Below are positions 1-8,014 of a stretch of 64,000 nucleotides of DNA, one piece after another; position 1 is the stretch's first letter, and every line of letters starts with the position of its first letter. The DNA is taken from the NCBI GenBank assembly GCA_030065975.1, contig JASJCN010000008.1:1047-65046 (forward strand), given 5' to 3'. This DNA comes from Myxococcota bacterium. GTDB lineage: Bacteria > Myxococcota_A > UBA9160 > UBA6930. The notes beneath the pieces are model-generated. The model saw only the letters and a list, made by a program, of their open reading frames with translations, ran no database searches and was not told where the DNA came from. A program made the translations under genes and the position numbers.

Positions 1-1
1 C

Positions 2-886
2 GATCTCTTCGGCTTCATCGACGCCGTCGAGCTGGGCGCCGCCGGCGAGCTGAACGGCGTGGCCGGGGCCTTCCAGCCCGACGCCGACTCGATCCTGCAG
101 ACGACGCCGATCTTCGGCGGCTTCCCGGTGAGCGTGCTGCTCTCGGCGACCATGACGAACCGGGCGCTCCCGGGCTTCTTCCTGGACGACGACTTCAGCA
201 CCAACGCGGCCTTCAGCGCGTCGATCGGCTTCAGCGCCAACGGCTCCAACGTCTTCAACACGTTGAGCGCCCTGGTGCCCGGCGACTTCTACCTGGCCGC
301 GGACGAGGGCTTCACCCGCACGTGGATCAACATCGACAGCCCGCGCTTCCAGTTCGGCGCCCAGGACGCCCTCACCTGCCCGCCTCTCGAGCCGCCGCCC
401 GCGCCCTTCCTGGTGGGCCAGGGCACGGGCTGCGCGATCATCAACAACGGCCCCAAGCCGGGGCCGGGTGAGCCCCCGGCCCGCTGGGGCCTCGAGCGCG
501 AGGTGACGGACATCGACGTCCTGATCCGCACCCTCTACGAGACGGGCAACGCGTCGGAGTGGTACTTCGTGAGCGGGCGCCCGGGCATGGACCTCGACTT
601 CGGGCGGGACGCCAGCGCGCTGGGACGCCCCGATCTCCTGAACACGACCCAGAACGCGAACGTCGACGTGCCCATCCTCGGGATCGGCGGTAGCAACGGA
701 CTGGCCCCGACCGAGAGCTCCTTCTCGAACTACCTGCAGTCGACCGCCAGCACGGACACCGAGGTCGTGATCCTCGAGGGCTACTCCCACGTGGATCCCC
801 TGAGCGCCCAGGACAACGAGGCCGTCCCGCCGATCGTCGACTGGGCGAATCGCCTGTTGCAGGAGAAGCTGCTGCAGAACTTCTAG
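2..886 (+). CDS. alpha/beta-hydrolase-fold protein, C-terminal part (5' end outside window)
   Basis: Frame is open from the window edge to TAG 884-886 with high GC3. The C-terminal GYSHVDPL segment resembles the catalytic-His region of lipase/esterase-type hydrolases. Confidence 0.55.
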   Translation, partial: DLFGFIDAVELGAAGELNGVAGAFQPDADSILQTTPIFGGFPVSVLLSATMTNRALPGFFLDDDFSTNAAFSASIGFSANGSNVFNTLSALVPGDFYLAADEGFTRTWINIDSPRFQFGAQDALTCPPLEPPPAPFLVGQGTGCAIINNGPKPGPGEPPARWGLEREVTDIDVLIRTLYETGNASEWYFVSGRPGMDLDFGRDASALGRPDLLNTTQNANVDVPILGIGGSNGLAPTESSFSNYLQSTASTDTEVVILEGYSHVDPLSAQDNEAVPPIVDWANRLLQEKLLQNF

Positions 887-925
887 ACGCAGCGAGTGCG
901 CAAGACCCCACGGGGCCCGACTCCA

Positions 926-944
926 GTTCCAGTGTCACTGGAAC
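926..944. promoter_or_regulatory. perfect 9-1-9 palindrome GTTCCAGTG-T-CACTGGAAC (candidate operator/enhancer site)
   Basis: Read directly. Intergenic, about 100 nt upstream of the PEP-CTERM gene, with no T-run after it. The half-site recurs at 59559-59580. Confidence 0.45.
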
Positions 945-1041
945 GAAGAGTCCGGTTGGATCAGTGGATGTGTGACGAAGGCCACCTCGGACCGCCGCCA
1001 CACCCTTCGAGCCTCCCGGACTCCCCGATCGGACCCTCCCC

Positions 1042-1713
1042 ATGCTGCGCACTCCCGACATCTTCCGCTTCGTGCTCGCGACGCTCGCGAGCCTCCTCCT
1101 CGCCGCGTCGGCCACCGCGCTGACGATCGACGTCTCCTTCACCGCCTCCACCTACGCCACCACCGGAACGGACGATCACGCGAGCCTGCTGGTGGAGCAC
1201 GGCCGCGGTGCCGCTCTCGGGTCGGCGCGGGTCACCACGCTCGAGGGCGTCTCGACCAGCGTCTACGCGAGCGGGGAGCGCAACGACTACAGCCTCTGGA
1301 TGACCTCGACCTTCACCGTCGCCCGCGCGGGCAACTACACCTTCCAGGTCGGCACCGACTGGGGCCGGGGCGGAGCCGCCTCGCTCTTCGACGACAGCCG
1401 CGGCGTCTCGGTCGCGGAGCTGGTGCGCACCGACGACATCTGGTGGGCCAACGACTTCGGCCACGCCGACGTCTTCACGCTCTCCGGCAACCTCGACGCC
1501 GGGATGACGTACACCCTCTCGCTCGTGGGCTTCGAGGGTTGCTGCGGCGGCGCGAGCACCGTCCGCTTCTCCCACGAGGGATCCGCCTTCGCGGTCTTCA
1601 ACGAGCCGAACCTGCGCGCCTTCGTGGTGCCGGAGCTGGCCTCGGCGGTGCTGCTTCCGACGGCGGTGGCGGGCCTGTTCGCGGCGCGACGCCGCCGAGA
1701 CGCGACCTCCTAG
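1042..1713 (+). CDS. secreted PEP-CTERM sorting-domain protein with a GCCGG (CCxG-like) motif
   Basis: N-terminal signal peptide (LLLAASATA). C-terminal VPELASAVLLPTAVAGLFAARRRR matches the PEP-CTERM pattern of VPEP-like motif, TM helix and Arg cluster. Confidence 0.85.
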   Translation: MLRTPDIFRFVLATLASLLLAASATALTIDVSFTASTYATTGTDDHASLLVEHGRGAALGSARVTTLEGVSTSVYASGERNDYSLWMTSTFTVARAGNYTFQVGTDWGRGGAASLFDDSRGVSVAELVRTDDIWWANDFGHADVFTLSGNLDAGMTYTLSLVGFEGCCGGASTVRFSHEGSAFAVFNEPNLRAFVVPELASAVLLPTAVAGLFAARRRRDATS

Positions 1714-2090
1714 GGCAGGAGCACGAAGCCGGTACCGAAGGCCGCCGCGGAGAGCAGCGCCGCGACCAGCGCGAGGATCGCGTGACGATCCCGGACGCCG
1801 TGGTCGTGGGCGCGCAGGCGTCGGCCGAGCCACGCCGTCCCGAGGAAGGCCGCGATCGCGAGCAGCCCCACGAAGGCGTGGGCGGTGGCGAAGGGCGGCT
1901 GACCGCGGAGCAACACCATCGAGATCGGGCCCCCGGCAGCGCCGATCACGAGGAGCGGGATCACGAGCTTCGCCCGGCGCAGGTGGCGCGGGCGCAGGTC
2001 GGGCGCGCGACGCAGGCGGCGCAGGCGCGCACTGCGGATCTCGAGCCCGGAGCGCAGGGTGAGTCCCGCGAGGGCCAGCGAGGCCAGCAT
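1710..2090 (-). CDS. DUF4079-like small integral membrane protein (start uncertain, may extend to 2150)
   Basis: Hydrophobic helices and high GC3. The 20 codons upstream (LDPTGHDDVAWWLAHLHPVW) look like the missing part of TM1 but contain no ATG, GTG or TTG. Confidence 0.6.
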   Translation of the reverse strand: MLASLALAGLTLRSGLEIRSARLRRLRRAPDLRPRHLRRAKLVIPLLVIGAAGGPISMVLLRGQPPFATAHAFVGLLAIAAFLGTAWLGRRLRAHDHGVRDRHAILALVAALLSAAAFGTGFVLLP

Positions 2091-2150
2091 CCAGACCGGG
2101 TGGAGGTGGGCGAGCCACCAGGCGACGTCGTCGTGGCCGGTGGGGTCCAG

Positions 2151-2876
2151 TCACTCGACCTTGGTCACCGACTCCTTCGGGAGCCGGGACAGCAGCGAGT
2201 CGAGCGCCTCCTGCAGGTAGCCCGCGTCGCGCGATTCCAGGGTGAGGAGCACGTGGAAGGACTCTTCGCCGATCTTCGGATACGAGCCCAGCATCAGCTC
2301 GGGGAACTCCTCGAGCAGCTCGTTCAGCGAGTGGGCGATGTCGCTCTCGCGCAGCTTCACGTAGACCCGCTTGAGCAGCACGGGCACGCCCCGGAACCGC
2401 GCCCGGATCGACTCGAACTTCTTGCGCAGCAGCTCGGGGATGCCCGGGAAGATGTGCACGTTCTCGACGATCACCACCGGGAACCACAGGTCGCCGGCGT
2501 CGACCAGACGCGAGTCCTCGGGGACCATGGCCATCTTGAGCTGGCTCTCGTTGGGCGGCTTTCCCTGGGCCCGCTCCATGCGCCCCGCGATCGACTCGCT
2601 GCGCTCGATCTTGCGGCCGAAGGCCAGCGCGATGCCGTCCATGGTGAGATCGTCATGGGTCGGGCCGATCCCGCCGGAGGTGAACACGTAGTCGTACGCT
2701 TCGCTCATCGCGCGGGTCTCCGCGGCGATCGTCTCGATCACGTCGGGGATGGTCAGGATCCGTTCGACGTCCACTCCGAGGGCACGCAGCTCGCGGCACA
2801 GGTAGGGCGAGTTGGTGTCGGTGACCTTCCCGGAGAGGATCTCGTTTCCGATGATGAGGATTCCGGCCGTCGACAT
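2151..2876 (-). CDS. CinA-like molybdopterin-binding (MoCF biosynthesis) domain protein
   Basis: MSTAGILIIGNEILSGKVTDTNSPYL and SGGIGPTHDDLT motifs are typical of the CinA/MoaB-fold N-terminal domain. ATG at 2876. Confidence 0.85.
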   Translation of the reverse strand: MSTAGILIIGNEILSGKVTDTNSPYLCRELRALGVDVERILTIPDVIETIAAETRAMSEAYDYVFTSGGIGPTHDDLTMDGIALAFGRKIERSESIAGRMERAQGKPPNESQLKMAMVPEDSRLVDAGDLWFPVVIVENVHIFPGIPELLRKKFESIRARFRGVPVLLKRVYVKLRESDIAHSLNELLEEFPELMLGSYPKIGEESFHVLLTLESRDAGYLQEALDSLLSRLPKESVTKVE

Positions 2877-2940
2877 CGGGCCGAGGGTATCCGATCGGCG
2901 CGCCCCGCACCGCACGCGGATTCCGGGGTATGCTCCGGGC

Positions 2941-3246
2941 GTGCCCAAGCTCGAGCTCGTGCGACGGATCGACGGAGAGGCCCGGATCCTCGAGATCCAG
3001 GTGCTCGGGGGGACCTCGCTGCTCTCCGCCGCACGAAGCGCCGGCCTGCCGGTCGCCCGGGCCTGCGGCGAACGCACCCTGTGCGGACGCTGCGCCATGC
3101 GCGTGATCGAAGGAGAAGAGGCCCTCTCGCCCGAGTCCGACGGCGAACGATGGGCCAAGCGAAGGAACCGCGTCGACCCCGAAGAACGCCTCTCCTGCTG
3201 CAGCCAGGTGCACGGCGACGCGCGGGTGACGGCGACGTACTGGTAG
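2941..3246 (+). CDS. [2Fe-2S] ferredoxin-like protein
   Basis: Cys pattern ACGERTLCGRC ... SCCSQV. GTG 2941 was chosen because earlier starts would overlap the divergent CinA-like gene. Confidence 0.6.
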   Translation: MPKLELVRRIDGEARILEIQVLGGTSLLSAARSAGLPVARACGERTLCGRCAMRVIEGEEALSPESDGERWAKRRNRVDPEERLSCCSQVHGDARVTATYW

Positions 3247-3271
3247 GCGAGAGCCTCCGAAGGAGACCCAG

Positions 3272-4204
3272 GTGGACGGAATCCGCATCGGCATCGGCGT
3301 GGGGGACGGCGGCGTCGCCGGCAGCTTCGAGTCGATCCTGCAGCGCTATCGGGCGGCCGAGGAGGCGGGCTTCCACACCGCCTGGACCGCCAACATCTTC
3401 GGCGAGGACGCCCTGACCCTGCTCGCGCTCGCGGGCCGCGAGACGGAACGCATCGAGCTCGGGAGCGCGGTCGTCCCGACCTTCTCGCGCCATCCCTTCT
3501 ACATGGCGCAGCAGGCGCTCACCACCCAGCGCGCCACGGGAGGGCGCTTCCTCTGCGGGCTCGGCCCGAGCCACAAGATCGTGATCGAGAACATGCTCGG
3601 GCTCTCCTACGACAAGCCGGCCCGCCACGTCCGCGAGTACGTGAGCGTGATGCGCCAGCTCTTCGACACCGGGCGCGTCGAGTTCCAGGGCGACACCTAC
3701 GGCGTGAACGGGACCCTCACCGGCAGCTCCTGCGAAGCCCCGCCGCTCCTGATCGGGGCGCTCGGGCCGCTGATGCGGCGCATCGCGGGGCAGCTGTGCG
3801 ACGGCACCATCACCTGGATGACGGGTCCGCGCACGCTCGGCGACGCCATCGGCCCCGACGTGCGCAAGGCCGCGAGCGAGGCGGGACGCGGCGAGCCGCG
3901 CATCGTCGCCGGCTTCCCCGTGTGCCTGACCGACGACGCCGCGGGCGCACGCGAGTCCGCCAACAAGGAGTTCGCGATCTACGGCACGCTGCCCTCCTAC
4001 CGCGCCATGCTCGATGCCGAGGGCGCGGAAGGGCCCGGCGACATCGCGCTGATCGGCGACGAGAGCCAGCTCGAGGCGTCGCTCCGCGAGCTCGCCGCGG
4101 CCGGCGTGACCGACTTCAACGGCGCGATCATGCCCCACGGCGACGACCGGCAGGCCTCGATGCAGCGCACCTGGGACTTCCTCTCGAGCGTCTCCAAGGC
4201 ATGA
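3272..4204 (+). CDS. luciferase-like monooxygenase (LLM) family oxidoreductase, probably F420-dependent
   Basis: LLM-class sequence (FHTAWTANIFGEDALT, GLGPSH, PLLIGALGP). GTG start 8 nt after AAGGAG. F420 dependence is inferred from family resemblance and from cofG/cofH in the window. Confidence 0.8.
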   Translation: MDGIRIGIGVGDGGVAGSFESILQRYRAAEEAGFHTAWTANIFGEDALTLLALAGRETERIELGSAVVPTFSRHPFYMAQQALTTQRATGGRFLCGLGPSHKIVIENMLGLSYDKPARHVREYVSVMRQLFDTGRVEFQGDTYGVNGTLTGSSCEAPPLLIGALGPLMRRIAGQLCDGTITWMTGPRTLGDAIGPDVRKAASEAGRGEPRIVAGFPVCLTDDAAGARESANKEFAIYGTLPSYRAMLDAEGAEGPGDIALIGDESQLEASLRELAAAGVTDFNGAIMPHGDDRQASMQRTWDFLSSVSKA

Positions 4205-4578
4205 GCGGGGTCGACGAGCCGGCTCTCGTGCTCGTCGACCACGGGAGCCGGGCCGAAGAGGCGAATCAGCTGATCGGGGCGGTGGCGGAAGCCGTGCGCG
4301 AGCGGATGCCTGGCCGCACGGTGCTCGGCGCGCACATGGAGCTCGCCGAGCCGAGCCTCGACGCCGCCATCGACGACTGCGTCGCATCGGGCGCCCGACG
4401 CATCGTGGTGCACCCCTACTTCCTGGCGCCGGGGCGGCACAGTCGCGACGACATCCCGCGCATGGTCGAGGAGGCGGCGCGCCGCCACCCGGGCGTTTCG
4501 ATCCGGGTGAGCCCGCCGCTCGGCCTCCACCCGGGGCTGATCGACGCCGTGCTGGACCGGGTCGAAGAGGCCTCGTGA
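4201..4578 (+). CDS. short CbiX-type (sirohydrochlorin) chelatase
   Basis: LVLVDHGSR ... RIVVHPYFLAPGRH motifs of the CbiX/SirB family. Only 125 aa (short form). ATGA overlap with the upstream LLM gene. Confidence 0.8.
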   Translation: MSGVDEPALVLVDHGSRAEEANQLIGAVAEAVRERMPGRTVLGAHMELAEPSLDAAIDDCVASGARRIVVHPYFLAPGRHSRDDIPRMVEEAARRHPGVSIRVSPPLGLHPGLIDAVLDRVEEAS

Positions 4579-4648
4579 TCGGTCGATCGCCTCGACGTCG
4601 AAGTGCCCGGCCGCGGCTGCGGTGTTCGCCGCGCCGGGGCCCCCGCAA

Positions 4649-4716
4649 ACGGAATGGAGTCCCTGACGGAATGGATCTCCAGAGGGAATGGAGTTCCAGA
4701 GGGAATGGAGGTTCAG
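4649..4716 (+). repeat. four tandem 17-bp repeats (core GGAATGGA) ending exactly at a start codon
   Basis: ACGGAATGGAGTCCCTG / ACGGAATGGATCTCCAG / AGGGAATGGAGTTCCAG / AGGGAATGGAGGTTCAG, then ATG 4717. The last unit supplies the GGAGG Shine-Dalgarno. Confidence 0.9.
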
Positions 4717-5790
4717 ATGGCGATTCGCGTGATCCAGTGGAGTACGGGCAACGTCGGGCACTATGCCCTGCGAGCGATCCTGAACCACCCCGAGCTCGAG
4801 CTCGTGGGCCTCTACGTCCACTCGGAGAAGAAGGCCGGGCGCGACGCCGGAGAGCTCGCGGGGCGGCCCCCCTGCGGCGTCCTCGCGACCAACGACGCCG
4901 ACGCCCTGCTCGCCATGGACGCCGACTGCGTCTGCTACACCGCGACGGCCGACCTCCGCCCCCTCGAGGCCGTCGAGGACCTGGCCCGCATCCTGCGCAG
5001 CGGCAAGAACGTGGTCTCCTCCTCGCTGGTGCCCCTGGTGCATCCCAAGAGCCTCGGGCCGCAGTTCTCGGATCCGCTCGCCGAGGCCGCCCGCGAAGGC
5101 GGGAGCTCCTTCTTCACCTCGGGCATCGACCCGGGCTTCGCCAACGACGTGCTGCCGCTGGTGCTCTCGAGCATGTCCGAGCACTTCACCCAGATCCGCA
5201 TCCAGGAGATCGTCAACTACGCCACCTACGACCAGCCCGAGGTCGTGCTCGGCACCATGGGCTTCGGCAAGCCGCTCGACCACACGCCCATCATCCTCGC
5301 GCCGGGCGCGCTCAAGTTCGCCTGGGGCGGGACCATCCGGCTGCTCGCCGAGGGGCTCGGCATCGAGCTGGACGAGATCCGCGAGGAGTTCGAGCGACTG
5401 CCCGCGGCGCGCGACTACGAGACGCCGATGGGCACCATCGAGAAGGACACCATGGCAGGCCTGCGCTTCGAGGTGCAGGGCATCGTGGACGGCGAGCCCG
5501 TGCTCGTGGTGGAGCACGTGACGCGCATGCACGACGAGGTCGCGCCGGACTGGCCCCAGCCGGAGGGCGAGGGCGGCTACAAGGTCTTCGTCGAGGGCGT
5601 GCCGCGCATGGTGTGCAGCCTCGAGATGGAGGACGAGAACGGCGACCACGCCAACGGCGGCGTGGTGCTCACGGCCACGCGGCTCGTCAACGCGATCCCG
5701 GCCGTGTGTGCCGCGGAGCCCGGGCTGATCTCGCCGCTCGACCTGCCGCTGATCGCGGGCAAGGGGCTCCTCGCCCGGCGCGGCGCCTGA
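4717..5790 (+). CDS. NAD(P)-binding dihydrodipicolinate-reductase-like / amine-dehydrogenase-family protein
   Basis: MAIRVIQWSTGNVGHYALRAIL N-terminal Rossmann motif of this family. GGAGG lies 5 nt upstream of ATG 4717. Confidence 0.75.
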   Translation: MAIRVIQWSTGNVGHYALRAILNHPELELVGLYVHSEKKAGRDAGELAGRPPCGVLATNDADALLAMDADCVCYTATADLRPLEAVEDLARILRSGKNVVSSSLVPLVHPKSLGPQFSDPLAEAAREGGSSFFTSGIDPGFANDVLPLVLSSMSEHFTQIRIQEIVNYATYDQPEVVLGTMGFGKPLDHTPIILAPGALKFAWGGTIRLLAEGLGIELDEIREEFERLPAARDYETPMGTIEKDTMAGLRFEVQGIVDGEPVLVVEHVTRMHDEVAPDWPQPEGEGGYKVFVEGVPRMVCSLEMEDENGDHANGGVVLTATRLVNAIPAVCAAEPGLISPLDLPLIAGKGLLARRGA

Positions 5791-5793
5791 GCC

Positions 5794-7611
5794 TCACTCC
5801 ACGGTCACGCTCTTGGCCAGGTTGCGCGGCTGATCCACGTCGCGACCGAGGGCCACGGCCGTGTGGTAGGCCAGCAGCTGCAGCGGGACCCCCATCAGGA
5901 TGGGGTCGAGCTCGGGCTCGCTCTTCGGCACGACGAGCGTGGCGTCGACGTCGACCGGGAGCTCCTCGCGGTGGCACAGCGCCACCACCGGACCGCGCCG
6001 CGCCCGGATCTCCTGGATGCACGAGACGTTCTTCTCGAACAGGTCGTCGTCGGGGATCACCATCAGACACGGCGTCTCGGGCGAGACGAGCGCGAGCGGG
6101 CCGTGCTTGAGCTCCGACGCGGCGTACGCCTCGGCGTGGATGTAGCTCACCTCCTTGAACTTGAGCGCGCCCTCCTGGGCGACGGGATGCCCGGCCGCCC
6201 GCCCGATGAAGTAGGCGTGCTCGGCCTGGGCGAGACGTGTCGCCAGGGCCTCGATCTCGGCCTCGCGGTCCAGCACCGACTGGATCTGCGCGGGGAGCGC
6301 CGAGAGGCCCTCGATCAGGCGCCGACCCGCCGCGGGCGAGAGGTCGCGCACGCGGCCCACGTGCAGGGCGAGGAGCGCAAGCGCCACGGCCGTGGAGGTG
6401 AAGGTCTTGGTGGAGACGACGGCCACCTCGGGCCCGGCGTGCAGGTAGATCCCGCCGTCGCACTCCCGCGCGATGGTGCTGCCCACGCTGTTGACGATGC
6501 CCAGCACCCGGCCGCCCTTGCGTCGCACCTCCTGCACGGCGGCCAGGGTGTCGAAGGTCTCGCCGGACTGGCTCACGGCCACGTAGAGCGTGTCCTTCTC
6601 GATCACCGGATTGCGGTAGCGGAACTCCGAGGCCGGCTCGGCGTCGGTGGGGACGCGCGTCAGCTGCTCGAGCAGGTGGGCGCCGATGCGGGCCGAGTAG
6701 TAGGCCGAGCCACAGCCGAGGAGCTTGATGCGCCGCACGTCGAGCAGCTCGCGCGGCCCGAGCTCGAGACCGCCGAGGTGGGCCGTCTGGAAGCGGCCGT
6801 CGAGACGCCCCTGCAGCGTGCGGGCCACGGACTCGGGCTGCTCGAAGATCTCCTTGCGGGTGAAGTGGGCGAAGCCCCCCTTGTCGTAGGCCTCGGCGCC
6901 CCAGTCCACGATCGACGGCGTCTTGGTGGTGGGCTGCGCGTCGAGAGTGCTCGTCTGGAAGCCGTCCTGGGTGAGCACCGCGAGCTCGCCGTCGTCGAGG
7001 TGCACGACCTGCTGGGTGTGACGCACCAGGGCGGAAGCGTCGGAGGCCGCGAACATCTCGCGCTCCCCGATGCCGAGCAGCACCGGACTCCCGTTGCGCG
7101 CCACCACGAGACGGTCGGGCCGCTCGGAGTCGACGACGGCGAGGCCGTAGGTTCCCTCGACGGCGAGGAGTGCCAGACGCACGTCCTCCTCGAGCGAGTC
7201 GCCGCCCGCTCGCGCGATCAGGTGGGCGAGCACCTCGCTGTCGGTGTCCGAGCGCAGCACGGCGCCCTCGGCCTCGAGCCGCAGGCGCAGCGCGGCCGCG
7301 TTCTCGATGATGCCGTTGTGCACGACCGCGATGCGGCCGCTCTCGTCGCAGTGGGGATGGGCGTTGTCGTCGGAAGGCTCGCCGTGGGTCGCCCAGCGGG
7401 TGTGGGCGATGGCGGGCGCGCCCTTGAAGCGCTTGGGAAGCGTGGCCTCGAGCTCGCGGATGCGGCCCTTTGCCTTGTGCACCTTGAGTCCGCTGCCTCG
7501 CGCGACCGCGAGCCCGGCCGAGTCGTAGCCGCGGTACTCGAGGCGCTTGAGCCCGTCCACCAGGATCGGCACCGCGTCGCGCTTGCCCACGTATCCGACG
7601 ATTCCGCACAT
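5794..7611 (-). CDS. glmS: glutamine--fructose-6-phosphate aminotransferase (isomerizing)
   Basis: MCGIVGYVG N-terminal nucleophile, two SIS domains, C-terminal NLAKSVTVE. Full-length, 605 aa. Confidence 0.97.
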   Translation of the reverse strand: MCGIVGYVGKRDAVPILVDGLKRLEYRGYDSAGLAVARGSGLKVHKAKGRIRELEATLPKRFKGAPAIAHTRWATHGEPSDDNAHPHCDESGRIAVVHNGIIENAAALRLRLEAEGAVLRSDTDSEVLAHLIARAGGDSLEEDVRLALLAVEGTYGLAVVDSERPDRLVVARNGSPVLLGIGEREMFAASDASALVRHTQQVVHLDDGELAVLTQDGFQTSTLDAQPTTKTPSIVDWGAEAYDKGGFAHFTRKEIFEQPESVARTLQGRLDGRFQTAHLGGLELGPRELLDVRRIKLLGCGSAYYSARIGAHLLEQLTRVPTDAEPASEFRYRNPVIEKDTLYVAVSQSGETFDTLAAVQEVRRKGGRVLGIVNSVGSTIARECDGGIYLHAGPEVAVVSTKTFTSTAVALALLALHVGRVRDLSPAAGRRLIEGLSALPAQIQSVLDREAEIEALATRLAQAEHAYFIGRAAGHPVAQEGALKFKEVSYIHAEAYAASELKHGPLALVSPETPCLMVIPDDDLFEKNVSCIQEIRARRGPVVALCHREELPVDVDATLVVPKSEPELDPILMGVPLQLLAYHTAVALGRDVDQPRNLAKSVTVE

Positions 7612-7663
7612 GTCGCGTCTCCCTGCCTCGTGCTCGAGGCTCGTACTCGAGGGGTCGGCCGGC

Positions 7664-7948
7664 TCAGCCGTAGATCAGCCGCCGGATCTGCCGCTCGCTG
7701 AGTGGCGGGGTCTTGAAGCGGCGCAGGCCGAGCTCGCCGGCGATGCGCGCGAAGATCTCGGCGTTGGCCAGCTGCCGGGCGCGCAGCTCCGCGTGCCGGC
7801 GAACGACGAAGTCCTCGAGACCCTCACCGAAGAACTCGAGCACCTCGGCCACCACCCGTGCCGCCTCGGATCGCTCGAGGCGGGTGCTGGCGACCAGGTG
7901 GTCGAGCAGGGCCTCCAGGTCCTCGGGCGCTTCCGGCTCCTCGTTCAT
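7664..7948 (-). CDS. hypothetical small acidic/helical protein (94 aa)
   Basis: ATG start, high GC3, non-repetitive composition. No family recognised. Confidence 0.55.
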   Translation of the reverse strand: MNEEPEAPEDLEALLDHLVASTRLERSEAARVVAEVLEFFGEGLEDFVVRRHAELRARQLANAEIFARIAGELGLRRFKTPPLSERQIRRLIYG

Positions 7949-8014
7949 GGCCGGAGTTCAGCGCCAAGCGCCCGAGAACGCCAATTTTTTGCCCGAAATC
8001 GGGCAAGAATCGAC

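Noticed and set aside
2812-2940. ATG 2812 or 2851 as the start of the ferredoxin gene.
   Set aside because: Either start would overlap the N-terminal coding region of the divergent CinA-like gene (start 2876) by 26-65 nt, with an Arg/Pro-rich extension. GTG 2941 gives a ferredoxin of normal size.
4649-4716. Tandem repeat arrays (4649-4716, 30246-30278, 39802-39873, 48731-48766) as CRISPR arrays.
   Set aside because: Units of 9-24 bp are directly adjacent with no unique spacers. There are only 3-4 copies and no cas genes in the window.
961-5649. Overlapping long ORFs 961-2487(-), 972-3416(+), 2753-4648(-), 3796-4578(+, N-terminal part) and 3997-5649(-).
   Set aside because: These are GC-rich shadow frames overlapping genes that carry clear motifs (PEP-CTERM protein, CinA-like, LLM, CbiX, DapB-like). 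No motifs, implausible composition.
7612-7663. Possible glmS ribozyme upstream of glmS.
   Set aside because: Only 52 nt are available, with none of the conserved glmS ribozyme core. That element is also essentially confined to Gram-positive lineages.
5687-7701. ORFs 5687-7609(-) and 5863-7701(+) of 640 and 612 aa.
   Set aside because: They are out-of-frame and antisense shadows of glmS (5794-7611), which is unambiguous.
7990-8004. TGCCCGAAATCGGGC near-palindrome upstream of the 94-aa gene, repeated almost exactly (14 of 15) at 30291-30305 upstream of dnaA.
   Set aside because: Both copies are intergenic and palindromic, which is suggestive. My rough composition-corrected estimate is that about one chance recurrence of an AT-containing 14-mer among the intergenic positions of a 64-kb window is plausible, so I do not treat it as a supported shared site. 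The T-run precedes the stem on the + strand, so it is not a canonical terminator on either strand.
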